DNA from: Salinibacter sp.
GTDB taxonomy: Bacteria > Bacteroidota > Rhodothermia > Rhodothermales > Salinibacteraceae
Assembly (NCBI GenBank): GCA_042218975.1
Contig: JBDGQP010000008.1
Location: 1-48,830, forward strand
Length of the DNA: 48,830 bases
Direction of reading: 5' to 3'
The notes under the pieces were generated by a model. The model was not told the DNA's origin. It searched no databases and saw nothing but the letters and a program-made list of their open reading frames with translations. Below, piece by piece: positions 47,360 to 48,830 of this stretch (position 1 is the first letter of the stretch; each line of letters starts with the position of its first letter). The position numbers and the translations under genes were made by a program.

Positions 47360-48679
47360 GTGCTCCGCTCCCTCGTCCCCTCCCGCGACCGCGAGATCCT
47401 GCGACTGGCCGTGCCGGCCCTGGCCGGCCTGGCGGCCGACCCGCTGGTGTCGCTCATCGATACCGCCTTCGTGGGGCAGCTGGGCCGCGTGCCGCTGGCG
47501 GCCCTCGGGGTCAACACGTCGATCTTCTCGATGACGTTTGTGGTCTTCAATTTCCTCGCCTACGGCACGACGCCGCGGGTGGGGCGGGCCGTGGGCGACG
47601 GCGACCGGGCCGAGGCGGGGCGGGCCGTGGTGCGGGCCCTCACGCTGGCGGTCCTGTCGGGGACGGGGGCCCTCGTCGCGCTGCAGCTCCTGGCCGGTCC
47701 GATCCTGCGGCTCATGGGGGCGGGCCCCGAGCTCATGGGGCCGGCCCTCGCCTATCTGCGCATCCGGGCGCTGGCCGGGCCCGCCCTGCTCCTCATCATG
47801 GCCAGTCATGGGGCCTTCCGCGGGTACCAGGACACCCGCACGCCGATGGTCGTCACCATCGGCTTCAACGTCGTCAATGCGAGTCTCGACCCCCTCTTCA
47901 TTTTTGGGTTTGACTGGGGCCTCGCCGGGGCGGCCGCCGCCACGGCCCTCGCCCAGTGGGTGGGGGCGCTCGTCTTTCTGGGGCTGCTGCTGGGCACGCG
48001 GCGGGAGCCCCTCGGCGTTCCGCTGGCGTGGCCGTCCCTCCGCTCGCTGGTGCCGTTCCTAAAGGTGGGACGCGACCTGCTGCTGCGCACCGGCTCGCTG
48101 GTGGGCACCATGACGCTCGCGACCGCCGTGGCCGCCCGCGTCGGCACAGCGGCCGTGGCGGCCCACCAGGTGGCCCACCAGCTCTGGCTCTTCCTGGCGC
48201 TGGTGGTCGACGCGCTGGCCGTGGCCGCCCAGGCCCTGGTGTCGAAGCATCTGGGGGCCGAGGCCCCTGGCGCCGCCCGGGCCGTCTCCGACCGCCTCCT
48301 CCAGTGGGGGCTGGCCGTGGGGGGAGTCCTCGGGGTTGGGTTCTTCCTGCTCCGCTCCGTGCTCCCGGGGTTCTTCACCGACGACCCGGCCACGGTCGCG
48401 GCGCTGCTCGACGTATACCTGTTCGTGGCCCTCCTGCAGCCGCTCAACGGCCTCGTGTTCGTGGGCGACGGCATCTACATGGGCGCCGAGGAATTTCCGT
48501 ACCTCGCGAAGGCAATGATCGGGGCGGCCCTCGCCGCCGCGGCGGTGCTCGGCCTCGTGGTGCCGATGGGATGGGGCCTCACGGGCGTCTGGTGGGGCAT
48601 CGCCACGCTCATGGCCGGGCGGCTGCTCACCCTTGGGGGGCCGTACCTGCGCGGTCGGCTGTTTGAGACGGCCGCCTGA
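47360..48679 (+). CDS. MATE family efflux transporter (DinF-like)
   Basis: ILRLAVPAL, DPLVSLIDTAFVG, FRGYQDTRTP, AAHQV and DALAVAAQ motifs. Start uncertain (47312-47360). Confidence 0.92.
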   Translation: MLRSLVPSRDREILRLAVPALAGLAADPLVSLIDTAFVGQLGRVPLAALGVNTSIFSMTFVVFNFLAYGTTPRVGRAVGDGDRAEAGRAVVRALTLAVLSGTGALVALQLLAGPILRLMGAGPELMGPALAYLRIRALAGPALLLIMASHGAFRGYQDTRTPMVVTIGFNVVNASLDPLFIFGFDWGLAGAAAATALAQWVGALVFLGLLLGTRREPLGVPLAWPSLRSLVPFLKVGRDLLLRTGSLVGTMTLATAVAARVGTAAVAAHQVAHQLWLFLALVVDALAVAAQALVSKHLGAEAPGAARAVSDRLLQWGLAVGGVLGVGFFLLRSVLPGFFTDDPATVAALLDVYLFVALLQPLNGLVFVGDGIYMGAEEFPYLAKAMIGAALAAAAVLGLVVPMGWGLTGVWWGIATLMAGRLLTLGGPYLRGRLFETAA

Positions 48680-48830
48680 CACGAGCCCCGACACACGCCG
48701 ATCCTCGGGGAACGCGTGTGAACGATCGTCCGCGACGGCTGCGGACCGCGCACGGCCGCAGGCAGAGAACGGACCTCAGGAACGCATTCACGCATCGGCA
48801 CTGTCGCCATCCGGGGCGGACTCGGCCCCT

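Overview
A GC-rich bacterial chromosomal segment with acidic proteins and Bacteroidota-type TAnnTTTG promoter elements. It most likely comes from Salinibacter or a close relative (Rhodothermota); this is inferred, not database-checked. From left to right: (1) the tail of a sugar-oxidation cluster (Tat-signal protein, DUF1080 protein, an internally deleted Tat-exported isomerase); (2) a serine hydrolase, a LOG-like protein, an MBL hydrolase and a glutamate dehydrogenase with an animal-like antenna insertion; (3) an ~18 kb cation-transport island (CPA1 and CPA2 antiporters, KtrAB/Trk, three APC permeases fused to USP-like or PTS-IIA/RCK domains, a porin, an orphan SCO protein), resembling the published S. 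ruber 'hypersalinity island'; (4) riboflavin genes split by a large BNR/VPS10 protein; (5) a plsC-like gene, tRNA-Gln(CTG), tesB, and a RAYT-type Y1 transposase carrying a REP-like hairpin inside its own ORF; (6) a response regulator-pstSCAB-phoU cluster; (7) a hepta-heme/TPR lipoprotein, a BNR lipoprotein and a MATE pump. The intergenic spaces hold several unannotated gene relics (mscL, a histidine kinase, Uma2), a MITE-like element, inverted heptamer arrays and a candidate leader-peptide/small-protein unit. No CRISPR array, prophage or rRNA was seen. All calls are by-eye motif recognition, and start codons are best estimates.
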